From Treponemataceae bacterium (GTDB lineage: Bacteria; Spirochaetota; Spirochaetia; Treponematales; Rectinemataceae), in the NCBI GenBank assembly GCA_963667725.2, contig CAXXHO010000002.1:1-48194 (forward strand): a stretch of 48,194 nucleotides of DNA. The letters are read 5' to 3'. Positions 1-8,577 of this stretch are shown piece by piece. Within the stretch, counting starts at the first letter, position 1. Each line of letters opens with the position of its first letter. Position numbers and translations under genes: made by a program. The notes under the pieces were generated by a model that had not been told where the DNA came from, did no database searches, and saw only the letters and a list, made by a program, of their open reading frames with translations.

Positions 1-647
1 GCGCGACGTTGGGCGATATCGATTGGCTGTGGCGGCTCTACGGCGAGGCGGGCCTCCGCGTGGCCTCGCTCACGCACAACGACGACAACCCCTTCGGCGG
101 CGGGGCGCTCGGCTCGGGGGCCGGCCTTTCCGAAAAGGGCCGCGAGGCCCTGGCCGCCATGAACAAGCTCGGCATCCTCGTGGACATGGCCCACGCGAGC
201 GCGGCCGCCAGGCGCGACATCCTCGCCGCCTCGTCCAGGCCCGTCATGCTCTCCCACACCTCGTGCGCGGCGGTGTACGACAACGGCCGAAACCTCTCCG
301 ATGAAGCGTTGCGCGATATCGCCGATGCGGGCGGCCTCGTCGGCTGCATGACCAGCCCCGCGGCCATCGCGCCCGCCGCCGACCGCGCCAATCACAGCCT
401 CGAGCGCTACATGGAGCACCTGAACCACATGATCGGGGCCGCCGGCGTCGACAATGTCGGCCTCGGCCTCCACTTCTGCGAATACCTCTACACGCGCGAG
501 GAATATCCCCTGGTCTCGGGCCTCGAGGACGCCTCGCGATCCCAGGCGATAATCGACGCCCTCTTCGCCTCGGGCTATTCCCGGAACGAGGTGGAGAAAA
601 TCGCCTGGCGCAACTTCGCGCGCGTCTTCGAGGACGCGGTGGGCTAG
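1..647 (+). CDS. Membrane dipeptidase (peptidase M19) family protein, 5'-partial
   Basis: Motifs LTHNDDN, GLSEKG, GILVDMAHAS, SHTS, RNLSDE, GVDNVGLG and EKIAWRNFARV. The frame is open to the window edge, so the true start lies upstream. Confidence 0.85.
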   Translation, partial: ATLGDIDWLWRLYGEAGLRVASLTHNDDNPFGGGALGSGAGLSEKGREALAAMNKLGILVDMAHASAAARRDILAASSRPVMLSHTSCAAVYDNGRNLSDEALRDIADAGGLVGCMTSPAAIAPAADRANHSLERYMEHLNHMIGAAGVDNVGLGLHFCEYLYTREEYPLVSGLEDASRSQAIIDALFASGYSRNEVEKIAWRNFARVFEDAVG

Positions 648-655
648 GCGCCGGA

Positions 656-1600
656 TTATCCGAGGAAATAAGCGGCGTGCAGCGCTGTTATGTCCGCTGA
701 AATCGATTTAGTCTCCATATCGTTCGAAAGGATAAAGCTGTGCAGGAGCGGCTTGTCGAGAAAATCGGCCAACCCGCGAAGATGCCGCGCGTCGCTGGCT
801 GAAACCTTCTCGGCCATCTTTATCTCGAAGGCAAAATAGCCTTGCGCCACCTCGACGAGGACATCCACCTCGCGGCCGTCCACAGTCCTGAGATAGTAGA
901 AATTCGCATCGATCGCAAGGCACCGCGCCTGCTTGTAGAGTTCCGCCACGACGAGGCTTTCGAATTCCTCGCCAGTCGTGCCGCCGCGCTTTTGCAGCAC
1001 CGCCTGAAGCACGCCGCTATCGAGGAAATGCAGCTTGGGGGATTTAACGAGGCGCTTCCCTTCGTTCCTGTGCCAGGCTGGTATAGTGAGCGCTTGGTAG
1101 CTGATTTCGAGATATCGCAGGTAACGTTGCGCGGTCTTCGACGATACGCCCACTTGGCCCGCGAGGGTGGCCACATTGAGAATGTCCGCCGTGTGCAAGG
1201 CCGCATAGCGCTGAAGCCTCACGAAGGGATCGAGATCCCTGAGCGCGGCAAGATCGCGCACATCGCGCTCAAGATAGGTCCGCACATAATTCCTGAGCCA
1301 GGAGAACCGGTCTTCGTCGGACAGTTCTGGCGCGCTGAGGGCCGGATAGCCTCCGAATCGCGCATAATGATCCCATGCCCTTTGCCTTATCGCCTGGCGC
1401 GGATCCAGGAGAAAGCTGGGCAGGAAGTTGGGCAATTCCATTGGCTGCCTGAGGAGGCATTGGAACATCGAATCCTCGACGGCTTCGTCCCATCGCCCGG
1501 TCTCGAGTTCCGGAACCGTCAATGGAAAGAGATCGATGATCGTGCAGCGGCCGGCCAGGCTCTCCCGCACTTTTTCCAGAAGCAGCAGCTGACTCGAACC
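656..1600 (-). pseudogene. AAA_14/DUF4143 ATPase with C-terminal PD-(D/E)xK-like motif, N-terminally truncated
   Basis: Family motifs GSSQ..ESLAGR, FGGYP, TYLERDVR, KRLVKSPKLHFLDSG and GREVD..FEIK are present. No Walker A or B precedes GSSQ. The ORF-track start (TTG 1675) sits in a terminator T-run and its first 25 codons read through a repeat. Confidence 0.75.
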
Positions 1601-1608
1601 GAATATTG

Positions 1609-1657
1609 GCGTAATTTTTGGACTTGTGCGCCTGAAATCAGCGTAATTTCTGGACTT
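1609..1657. repeat. 17-bp direct repeat pair GCGTAATTT(T/C)TGGACTT
   Basis: Copies at 1609-1625 and 1641-1657, 16/17 identical, 32-bp period. Confidence 0.85.
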
Positions 1658-1673
1658 TCGTGACGACGGCTTC

Positions 1674-1706
1674 AAAAAACCGCCCGCGGCGCGCCGGCAG
1701 CGTGGC
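1674..1706 (-). terminator. Probable intrinsic terminator of the creatininase gene
   Basis: GC-rich imperfect hairpin right after the stop at 1707, followed by TTTTTT on the minus strand. Confidence 0.5.
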
Positions 1707-2483
1707 TTAAGCGATCGGGTCGGTGTACTCGCCGCGGCGAAGCCTGCCTATGTACTCCAGGTTTTTTTCGAGCAGCATGGCGTAGAGCTTCTCGCCCTTT
1801 TCGCGGGTGGCGGCGGTGGCGTCGCCGTTCATCGCCTCGGGGTAGCGGGCCTTGGTCTGCGTCGGGCCCGAGAGCGGCGCGCAGAATGCCTTGTGCATGT
1901 GCACGCCCCGCGCCGCGTCGTCGACGAGGGAGCCGCCCGCGGCGCCGGCCGCGTTGGCTGAAGCCGCGGCGCCCGCGATGTCGAGCGCGAGCACCGCCGA
2001 AGTCTCGTCCTCGCCCGCGTGCCCCTGCGTGCCGCAGATCTTCAGGATCTCGGCCGAGTAGGTCGCCCACCAGCTGATCACGAGCGCCGTGCCGCCCGCG
2101 GCCGCGATCCTGTCGCAGGCCAGGGTGAGCGCCGCGATATTCCCGCCGTGCCCGTTCATGAAGACGATGTTTTTCGCGCCCCAGCGGACGAAGCAGGAGC
2201 CGATCTCCGCGTAGAGGCTGATGAGGGTCTCGGCGGGGATCGTCACCGTGCCGGGGAAGCCGGCCAGGGTCGGCGTGTAGCCGTAGTTCACCGTCGGCGC
2301 GATGAGGAAGTCGCCGCCCGCGGCCGCCTCCAGGTCGCGGCACATGCGCTCGGGGATCAGGATATCGGTGCCCAGCGGACAGTGCATCCCGTGGGCCTCG
2401 AAGCTTCCCGTGGGGACGATGACTGTGTCGACCTTTCCGGCCAGTTCCGCATAACGTTTCGAAGTGAGATTGATCGCGTACAA
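1707..2483 (-). CDS. Creatininase (creatinine amidohydrolase) family protein
   Basis: Motifs PTGSFEAHGMHCPLGTD, FPGT, NGHGGN, GHAGEDETS and GDATAATREKG. GGGAGG lies 6 nt before the TTG start. Confidence 0.9.
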   Translation of the reverse strand: MYAINLTSKRYAELAGKVDTVIVPTGSFEAHGMHCPLGTDILIPERMCRDLEAAAGGDFLIAPTVNYGYTPTLAGFPGTVTIPAETLISLYAEIGSCFVRWGAKNIVFMNGHGGNIAALTLACDRIAAAGGTALVISWWATYSAEILKICGTQGHAGEDETSAVLALDIAGAAASANAAGAAGGSLVDDAARGVHMHKAFCAPLSGPTQTKARYPEAMNGDATAATREKGEKLYAMLLEKNLEYIGRLRRGEYTDPIA

Positions 2484-2546
2484 GAAAAGCCTCCCGGCAT
2501 CGGGCGCATAACGTCACGCAGAGCGGCGCGGCCGCGATGCCGGGTC

Positions 2547-2575
2547 AGTATAAAATGGGCCGCCGCGGCCGTAAA
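2547..2575 (-). promoter_or_regulatory. Sigma70-type promoter for the creatininase gene
   Basis: Minus strand TTTACG (2575-2570), 17-nt spacer, TATACT (2552-2547). Confidence 0.6.
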
Positions 2576-2609
2576 GCCGGGCGGCGCGAGGGGCGGAGAG
2601 TCGCCTGAG

Positions 2610-2648
2610 AACATGCAAACTGAAAGTTCAGCTTCCAATCTGCATGTT
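2610..2648 (-). other. 17-bp stem-loop just downstream of the DEAD-box gene
   Basis: Minus strand AACATGCAGATTGGAAG-CTGAA-CTTTCAGTTTGCATGTT. All three non-Watson-Crick positions are G-U on this strand. Confidence 0.7.
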
Positions 2649-2657
2649 TTTTATGCC

Positions 2658-3794
2658 TTACTCCCCCACCGCCGGCAGGGACATCCGCTCGATCGGGGCG
2701 CCGATAAAGCGCTCGATCTGGCGCAGAACGGACGAATCCTCGGGCGTCACGAAGGTCAGGGCCACGCCCTTGCGCTCCATGCGTCCCGTGCGGCCGATCC
2801 GGTGCGTGTAGGCCTCGGGCGTGTCGGGAATATCGAAGTTGATCACGCGCGAAATCTTGGAGATATCGATGCCGCGGGCGGCGATGTCCGTGGCCACCAT
2901 GATCGCGGCGCGGCCGGAGCGGAAATTCGCCATAGCCTTCTCGCGCTGGCCCTGGGACAGGTTGCCCTGCAGGGACGTGGCCGCGAAGCCCGAGTTGGCC
3001 AGCTGCTGCGCGAGCCTCTTGGCCCGGTGCTTCGTGCGCGTGAAAACCAGGGTCTGCCCGCCTGAGCCGGTCGAGCCCCAGTCCTCCACCAGCACCGAGC
3101 GCAGCGCCTCGTACTTGTCGTTCTGGCCCATCGAGCTCACGTAGTGGCTCACCGTCTCCACCGGCTTGGAATTGCCGATCTCGATGCGGACGGGGTCGCG
3201 CTGGTACTGCTTGGCCAGGGCTCGGATCTCCTGGGGGAGGGTGGCGGAGAAGAGCAGGGTCTGGTGCGCGCGGGGCAGGGCCGCGATGATCTTCTTGATC
3301 GAGGGCATGAAGCCCATGTCGAACATCTGGTCGGCCTCGTCCAGCACCAGCGTCTCGACCGAGCGCAGGTCGACGAAGCCCTGGCCCATCAGGTCGAGGA
3401 GGCGGCCCGGGCAGGCCACCACGATCTCGGGCATGCGCGCCTTGAGCGTCTTTACCTGCGACTTCACCGTGACGCCGCCGTACATGCTCATGCTGCGGAA
3501 GCCCGTGTCTTTGCCCAGCATCTCGAAGGCCTGGTGCGTCTGCTCGGCCAGCTCCCGCGTCGGGGAGATGACGAGGGCGCGGATGGCGCAGCGCTCGCCT
3601 CCCAAAAGGCGCTGGAAGATCGGCAGCGCGAAGGCCGCCGTCTTGCCCGTGCCCGTCTGGGCGAGCCCGAGCACGTCCTTGCCCGCCAAAGTCGCGGGAA
3701 TCGTCTTTTCCTGGATGGGCGTGGGGGTTTCGTAGCCCGCGGCGGCGATGGCCGCGGTGATCCGCTGGTCGAATCCGAATGAGGAGAAATTCAA
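2658..3794 (-). CDS. DEAD-box RNA helicase (RhlE-like, core only)
   Basis: Q motif GYETPTPIQ, AQTGTGKT, PTRELA, DEAD, SAT, ARGID and HRIGRTGR. TTG start with AGGA upstream. Confidence 0.95.
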   Translation of the reverse strand: MNFSSFGFDQRITAAIAAAGYETPTPIQEKTIPATLAGKDVLGLAQTGTGKTAAFALPIFQRLLGGERCAIRALVISPTRELAEQTHQAFEMLGKDTGFRSMSMYGGVTVKSQVKTLKARMPEIVVACPGRLLDLMGQGFVDLRSVETLVLDEADQMFDMGFMPSIKKIIAALPRAHQTLLFSATLPQEIRALAKQYQRDPVRIEIGNSKPVETVSHYVSSMGQNDKYEALRSVLVEDWGSTGSGGQTLVFTRTKHRAKRLAQQLANSGFAATSLQGNLSQGQREKAMANFRSGRAAIMVATDIAARGIDISKISRVINFDIPDTPEAYTHRIGRTGRMERKGVALTFVTPEDSSVLRQIERFIGAPIERMSLPAVGE

Positions 3795-3943
3795 GAGAGT
3801 ATCCTAGTGGTTTGCTTGAACAGCATGAATCTGGTCAATCAAGGCTGAGGCCGCACGGGGGCGGCGGAGGGCGAGTTCAGGCAAGCGGCGTTCGAAAATG
3901 TTACAAATTCGATTCATGCAGCGCCGTTCGATGAATTTCTTGT

Positions 3944-3972
3944 AATATAGCGCATTGGCTAACCTTTTTCAA
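3944..3972 (-). promoter_or_regulatory. Sigma70-type promoter of the DEAD-box gene, implying a ~140-nt 5' UTR
   Basis: Minus strand TTGAAA (3972-3967), 17-nt spacer, TATATT (3949-3944). Confidence 0.7.
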
Positions 3973-4028
3973 CTGGTCGGGATTTCAGCCAAACCTGCCT
4001 CGGCCGCGGCGCTTTTTCGAATCCTCAA

Positions 4029-4050
4029 TATAATAACTTTATGATATAAT
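4029..4050 (+). promoter_or_regulatory. Candidate promoter(s) of the polysaccharide locus
   Basis: TATAAT at 4029-4034 and a perfect extended -10 TGaTATAAT at 4042-4050, within an AT-rich divergent intergenic region. Confidence 0.55.
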
Positions 4051-4238
4051 CGTTTGTTGTAGCTTTACGCTTTCCGCGGCGGTTGTGATGAATATTTGAT
4101 GCTGATAGAGTGTATGAAACCGCCTGCGCTTGCCGACTTATGGTTCACAAGACAGGATATTGCTGAAATTGCGGCTTTCTTATCCTGGTAATTATTTGTT
4201 ATAACTGTGAGGGTCCAGCAAATCGAGAAGGGAAGAAC

Positions 4239-5684
4239 ATGACTTTTGATGAGTTCAAATATAAAAACAAGCATAAAAGGCTTTTCAAGCTCCTTCCAAC
4301 CGTCGTGATATTCATCGTCGCGGACTTTCTGGCGGTGATGGCCAGTTTTGGGGTGGGATTCTTCTTGGTGAACACCTACAACCTGGATATCATCGACTTC
4401 AAATCCTTTGTGACCTATTGGCCCTATCTCCCCGTCTTCCTCGTCGTTTTCTACATTTTTCGGCTGTATCCGGGGCTCAGCCTCGCCCATGCGGAAGAAC
4501 TCCGCCGCTTCACGACGAGTTCCCTGCTGACCCATGCCGGCATAATCTTCTCCCGGATGATCATCGGGAAACTGCTCAAGCTGGATGCTTATTCGGTCGC
4601 CTTCATTCTCTCCTGGCTCGCGAGCATTATCGCCTTTCCCCTTTCCCGCGGCGTCGTCCGGAAGATTTTTCAAAACGCCCCCTGGTGGGGAGTCCCTGTC
4701 GTGATCTTCGGCGCGGGCCAGACGGGCCGCCTCATGGTCGATCGCCTCAGGAAAAAGCCCTGGCTCGGATATCGCCCCGTCCTGCTTCTGGACGACGATC
4801 CCAGCCATGGCTCCGAGTACTCGGGGATACCCATTCTCAATGGGATCGCCCTCGGCCCCAAAGTGGCGGAGGAATGCAATATCGACACGGCGATCGTGGC
4901 GATGCCCGGCATCAACCGCAGGCAGCTGGCCGTCATCGTCGCCGAGTACGTGAGGTCTTTCCGATACTACACGCTGATCCCGGATTATATCGGAGTTACC
5001 AACCTATGGATGTCGGTGAGGGATTTCGACGGAGTGCTCGGGCTGTACACGGTGCAGAGCCTCCTGCTGCCGCTCAACCACAACCTGAAACGCCTGATCG
5101 ATATCACGATTTGCATCGTCGGCGGATTGCTCATTCTTCCCCTGGTGGGGGTTTTGGCCCTTCTCATAAAACTTGACTCGCCGGGACCGGTCTTCTACGG
5201 GCACCATCGTTTGGGCAAGGACGGGAAGCGCTTCACCGCATGGAAATTCCGATCCATGGTTATGAATTCCCGCGAGGTCCTGGAGAAACTGCTCGATTCC
5301 GACCCCGCGATCCGCTCGGAATGGGAGGCCAGCCACAAGCTCCATGACGATCCGCGCATCACGAGGATGGGGAGATTCCTTCGAAAAACGAGCCTGGACG
5401 AGCTGCCGCAGATCTGGAACGTGCTCAAGGGCGAGATGAGCCTGGTGGGGCCCCGCCCGATCGTGGAGGATGAGGTGGCCAAGTACGGGCACCACTATGC
5501 CCTTTTTGCCAGCGTCAAGCCGGGGATGTCGGGGCTCTGGCAGGTCTCGGGCCGCTCTGAGACCGATTACGAGGAAAGGGTCGCGCTGGACATCCTCTAT
5601 ATTCAGAGCTGGTCGCTCTGGCTGGACATGTACATATTGTTCAAGACTTTGGGGGTTGTGCTCGGAGGCAAAGGTGCATATTGA
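4239..5684 (+). CDS. wbaP: Undecaprenyl-phosphate sugar phosphotransferase (WbaP-type initiating transferase)
   Basis: N-terminal TM helices, GAGQTG CoA-binding-like domain, and C-terminal KFRSM, DDPRITRMGRFLRKTSLDELPQ, SLVGPRP, KPGMSGLWQVSGRS. Confidence 0.9.
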   Translation: MTFDEFKYKNKHKRLFKLLPTVVIFIVADFLAVMASFGVGFFLVNTYNLDIIDFKSFVTYWPYLPVFLVVFYIFRLYPGLSLAHAEELRRFTTSSLLTHAGIIFSRMIIGKLLKLDAYSVAFILSWLASIIAFPLSRGVVRKIFQNAPWWGVPVVIFGAGQTGRLMVDRLRKKPWLGYRPVLLLDDDPSHGSEYSGIPILNGIALGPKVAEECNIDTAIVAMPGINRRQLAVIVAEYVRSFRYYTLIPDYIGVTNLWMSVRDFDGVLGLYTVQSLLLPLNHNLKRLIDITICIVGGLLILPLVGVLALLIKLDSPGPVFYGHHRLGKDGKRFTAWKFRSMVMNSREVLEKLLDSDPAIRSEWEASHKLHDDPRITRMGRFLRKTSLDELPQIWNVLKGEMSLVGPRPIVEDEVAKYGHHYALFASVKPGMSGLWQVSGRSETDYEERVALDILYIQSWSLWLDMYILFKTLGVVLGGKGAY

Positions 5685-6465
5685 TTCTCGCCGCATCTGC
5701 CCGCTCTTCGTCGCCTGCTTTTTAGCCGCGGCCTCCGCGTTTTCCCTGCCCCTCGATCAGGCCGTTCCCAGCCTCGCCAAGGCGGACCTGACGGAGCTCA
5801 AAACGGGGGCGACGCTTCTCGCGTGGCCGACGGGGGCGGCGGACCTGCGGTTTCCCCCCCTCGGGCCGGCCGGGCTCGCGCTTCGGGCGCTTCCCGAGCG
5901 TTTCAAGGTGCCCGTATATGTTGAAAGCGCTTTTTTCCTCAAGGGAATCCAGCTCGATTCCCGGAGAAGGCTGGAAGTCGTCAACGCCCTGCTGGAAGTA
6001 GATTCCCTTTCGGGGGTCACGTACTATTCCGAGCGGAAGAACGGCATCGCCGTGCTTTTCGACAATGTCTACAGGGTTGAAAGTCCCGGCGCGACCAAGC
6101 GTCTCCCTCCCTTGGTCCTTCAAGCGCTGCCGACTTCTTTGGAGACCTCCATTCATCTGCGCGACTCCAATTTTGGGGCTTCGTGGTACGCGCTCGGCTT
6201 CGAGTGGATCGGGGACGGACTGCTGCTCAGCCTGGAAAACCGCCGGCCGCTGAACTTCATGATGATCCGGGCCTTCCCCGTCGATGGCGTGCGGATGCGC
6301 GTCGTGATCCTCCCCGTCGAGGAGGGGGTCTATGTTGCGGCGATCTGCGCCGCCGATCCTGAGAAGGTCGTCGCATCCATGGTGGACATGTACTCCGCGA
6401 TGGAAAAACGGCTGCGGGCGGTGCAGGGATGGGTGGTTGGAAAAATACGGGAGGCCTCGCGATGA
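5674..6465 (+). CDS. Exported protein, DUF6675-like (spirochaete family)
   Basis: GTG at 5674 after GGAGG, signal-peptide-like N-terminus (FVACFLAAASAFS), motifs LSGVTYYSERK and DSNFG. Family assignment is from recall. Confidence 0.6.
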   Translation: MHIDSRRICPLFVACFLAAASAFSLPLDQAVPSLAKADLTELKTGATLLAWPTGAADLRFPPLGPAGLALRALPERFKVPVYVESAFFLKGIQLDSRRRLEVVNALLEVDSLSGVTYYSERKNGIAVLFDNVYRVESPGATKRLPPLVLQALPTSLETSIHLRDSNFGASWYALGFEWIGDGLLLSLENRRPLNFMMIRAFPVDGVRMRVVILPVEEGVYVAAICAADPEKVVASMVDMYSAMEKRLRAVQGWVVGKIREASR

Positions 6466-6505
6466 AGACGGTCGGCGATGGGGGCAATGGCCTCGCGACG
6501 GCGGA

Positions 6506-7468
6506 ATGACCATGGGTAGCTTGCCTTCTTCAGCGGCGGACGGCGATGGAGGGGTTCCTCTTTTTACCGTATTGACGCCTGCGTATAATCGCGCCCGGAT
6601 GCTGCCGGCCCTGAAAGCCTCCCTGGATTCCCAGAGTTTTTCCGATTTTGAGTGGCTTGTCGTGGATGATGGATCCGCCGACGACACGGCGGAGCTCGTG
6701 GCGACCTGGGTGGCGGGGAGCGCCTACCCCATTCGCGTCCTGTCCTTCCCCAATGGCGGCAAGCACCGGGCGCTGAATCGGGGGATGCCGGAGGCCGCCG
6801 GAAGCTGGATCTTCATCGTCGATTCCGACGATCGCCTGCCCTCCGACGCCCTCGAGAAAATAGCGGCCCTGGTGCCGGAAGCCGACGCCGATCCCGGGAT
6901 CGGCGGAATCATGGGCCTGCGGTACGACGGAGGAGGGCGCCGGATCGGCGAGAGTTTCCCGTCCGGCCTGTGCCGAAGGGACGCGGCCACCCTGACATTT
7001 GTCGATGGATTGCGGGGCGACAAGGCCGAAGTCTTCAAGGCGAGCGTCCTCCGCCGCTTTCCCTTCCCCGAGTTCCAGGGGGAAAAATTCATCACGGAGT
7101 GCGTCGTCTGGTTCCGGATCGCGGCAGCCGGCTTCGACCTCCTCCTCCTCGACGAGCCGATCTATATCTGCGAATACCAGAAAGACGGACTTTCGGCGAA
7201 AAGCTTGGAGCTGCGCCTCTCGAACCCTTGCGGAACCCTGCTTTTCTACGCGGAAGAACTCGCCTTGCCCTATTCCCCTTTCAGCCTCTTCCGGGAAGCG
7301 GTAAATTACGTCCGCTTTTCCCTGTCCGGCCGGAAGAGATGCCGGGCCCGCCCGCCAAAACTGCCCTTGAAAGCCAAATTCCTCGTCGCCTTGGCGGCTC
7401 CCGCCGGCCTGGCGGCCGCGGTCCGCGACAGCATCTCCATGGCCGCGGGAAAAAAGAGAAGCCGATGA
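6506..7468 (+). CDS. Glycosyltransferase family 2
   Basis: FTVLTPAYNR, VVDDGSADDT, NGGKHRALN, VDSDD. Start is ATG 6506 or 6512. Confidence 0.9.
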   Translation: MTMGSLPSSAADGDGGVPLFTVLTPAYNRARMLPALKASLDSQSFSDFEWLVVDDGSADDTAELVATWVAGSAYPIRVLSFPNGGKHRALNRGMPEAAGSWIFIVDSDDRLPSDALEKIAALVPEADADPGIGGIMGLRYDGGGRRIGESFPSGLCRRDAATLTFVDGLRGDKAEVFKASVLRRFPFPEFQGEKFITECVVWFRIAAAGFDLLLLDEPIYICEYQKDGLSAKSLELRLSNPCGTLLFYAEELALPYSPFSLFREAVNYVRFSLSGRKRCRARPPKLPLKAKFLVALAAPAGLAAAVRDSISMAAGKKRSR

Positions 7469-8577
7469 AAGTACTGCATGTCATCAATTCGCTCGCCCTG
7501 GGCGGAGCTGAGCGGTTCGCCAGCGACCTCCTGCCCCGCCTTGCCGAAGGCGGCATCGATGCGGAACTCTATGTGCTCGATGGCAGCGGAGACGCATTCT
7601 CCGACAGGCTTCAGTCCCGGGGCGTCAAGGTGGTTTTCGCGCACCGGGAGGGAGCGAATATCTATTCTCCCCTCCGGCTGGCGGAACTCCGCCGCGCCAT
7701 CGCCGTCTCGAAGCCCGATGTCCTGCACTCGCACTTGGGCCCCAGTTTCCATTGGTGCGCGCTGGCCATCCCCTCCGCCGGCTCGGGCCGCCCCCGCCCG
7801 CGGCTGGTGACGACGGAGCACGCTGTGCACAACCGCAGGATGCGGATGCCGCTTCTCCGCGGGTTCGAAAGGTTTTGCTACGGCCGCTGCGACCGGATCG
7901 TCTGCGTGAGCGCGGAGGTGGCCGATGCCGTCCAGGGGTGGCTCGGCCTGCCTCCCGGGCGGCTCTCCGTCATTCTGAACGGGATCGAGCCGGAGAAGTT
8001 CGGGCCGGACGTTGAGCCGGACCCATCGCTCCTTTCCTGGGCGGCGGGGCGCACCATCGTCGCCATGACGGCGCGTTTCATCCCCGCCAAGGACCACGGC
8101 ACCGCCCTGCGCGCCTTGAGGCTTTTGCCCGCCGACTATGCGGCCGTTTTCATAGGCGATGGGCCCGAAAAGGCGGCGGCGCAAGGGCTCGCCGAGGAGC
8201 TTGGCCTGGCGGAACGCTGTCTTTTCGCCGGAGCCCGCGACGACGTGCAGGCTTTGCTCGCGGCTTCGGACCTGTATATGCAGACATCGGTCACCGAAGG
8301 GTTCGGGATCGCCTGTCTTGAGGCGATGGCCTCCGGGCTTCCCGTGGCGGCATCGGCTGTGGGCGGGCTTCAGACTCTGGTCGAGGGCGCCGGCCTGCTG
8401 TTTCCCCCCCGCGACGCCGAAGCCTGCGCCGCCGCCCTCTGCCGGCTCGCCGAAGACGCCGGGACACGAGAGAAGGTGTTGGCCGCCCAGGCTTCGCGCG
8501 TGGCCCAGCATTCCATGAAGGTTTCCGCCGAGGCATACATCGCCCTCTACGCGGAATTGACCAAACAGGGAGCGTGA
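7465..8577 (+). CDS. Glycosyltransferase family 4
   Basis: MKVLHVINSLALGGAE, ILNGI and EGFGIACLEAMASGLPV. ATGA overlap with the previous gene. Confidence 0.92.
   Translation: MKVLHVINSLALGGAERFASDLLPRLAEGGIDAELYVLDGSGDAFSDRLQSRGVKVVFAHREGANIYSPLRLAELRRAIAVSKPDVLHSHLGPSFHWCALAIPSAGSGRPRPRLVTTEHAVHNRRMRMPLLRGFERFCYGRCDRIVCVSAEVADAVQGWLGLPPGRLSVILNGIEPEKFGPDVEPDPSLLSWAAGRTIVAMTARFIPAKDHGTALRALRLLPADYAAVFIGDGPEKAAAQGLAEELGLAERCLFAGARDDVQALLAASDLYMQTSVTEGFGIACLEAMASGLPVAASAVGGLQTLVEGAGLLFPPRDAEACAAALCRLAEDAGTREKVLAAQASRVAQHSMKVSAEAYIALYAELTKQGA

Noticed and set aside
1609..1657. Possible CRISPR mini-array
   Set aside because: Only two 17-bp copies with a 15-bp spacer, and no cas genes in the window.
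656..1675. Intact 339-aa ATPase as given in the ORF track
   Set aside because: No Walker motifs, the start lies in a terminator T-run without an SD, and the first 25 codons are repeat-derived.
4078..4090. ops/JUMPStart element
   Set aside because: GGCGGTTG departs from the GGCGGTAG consensus and the rest of JUMPStart is absent.
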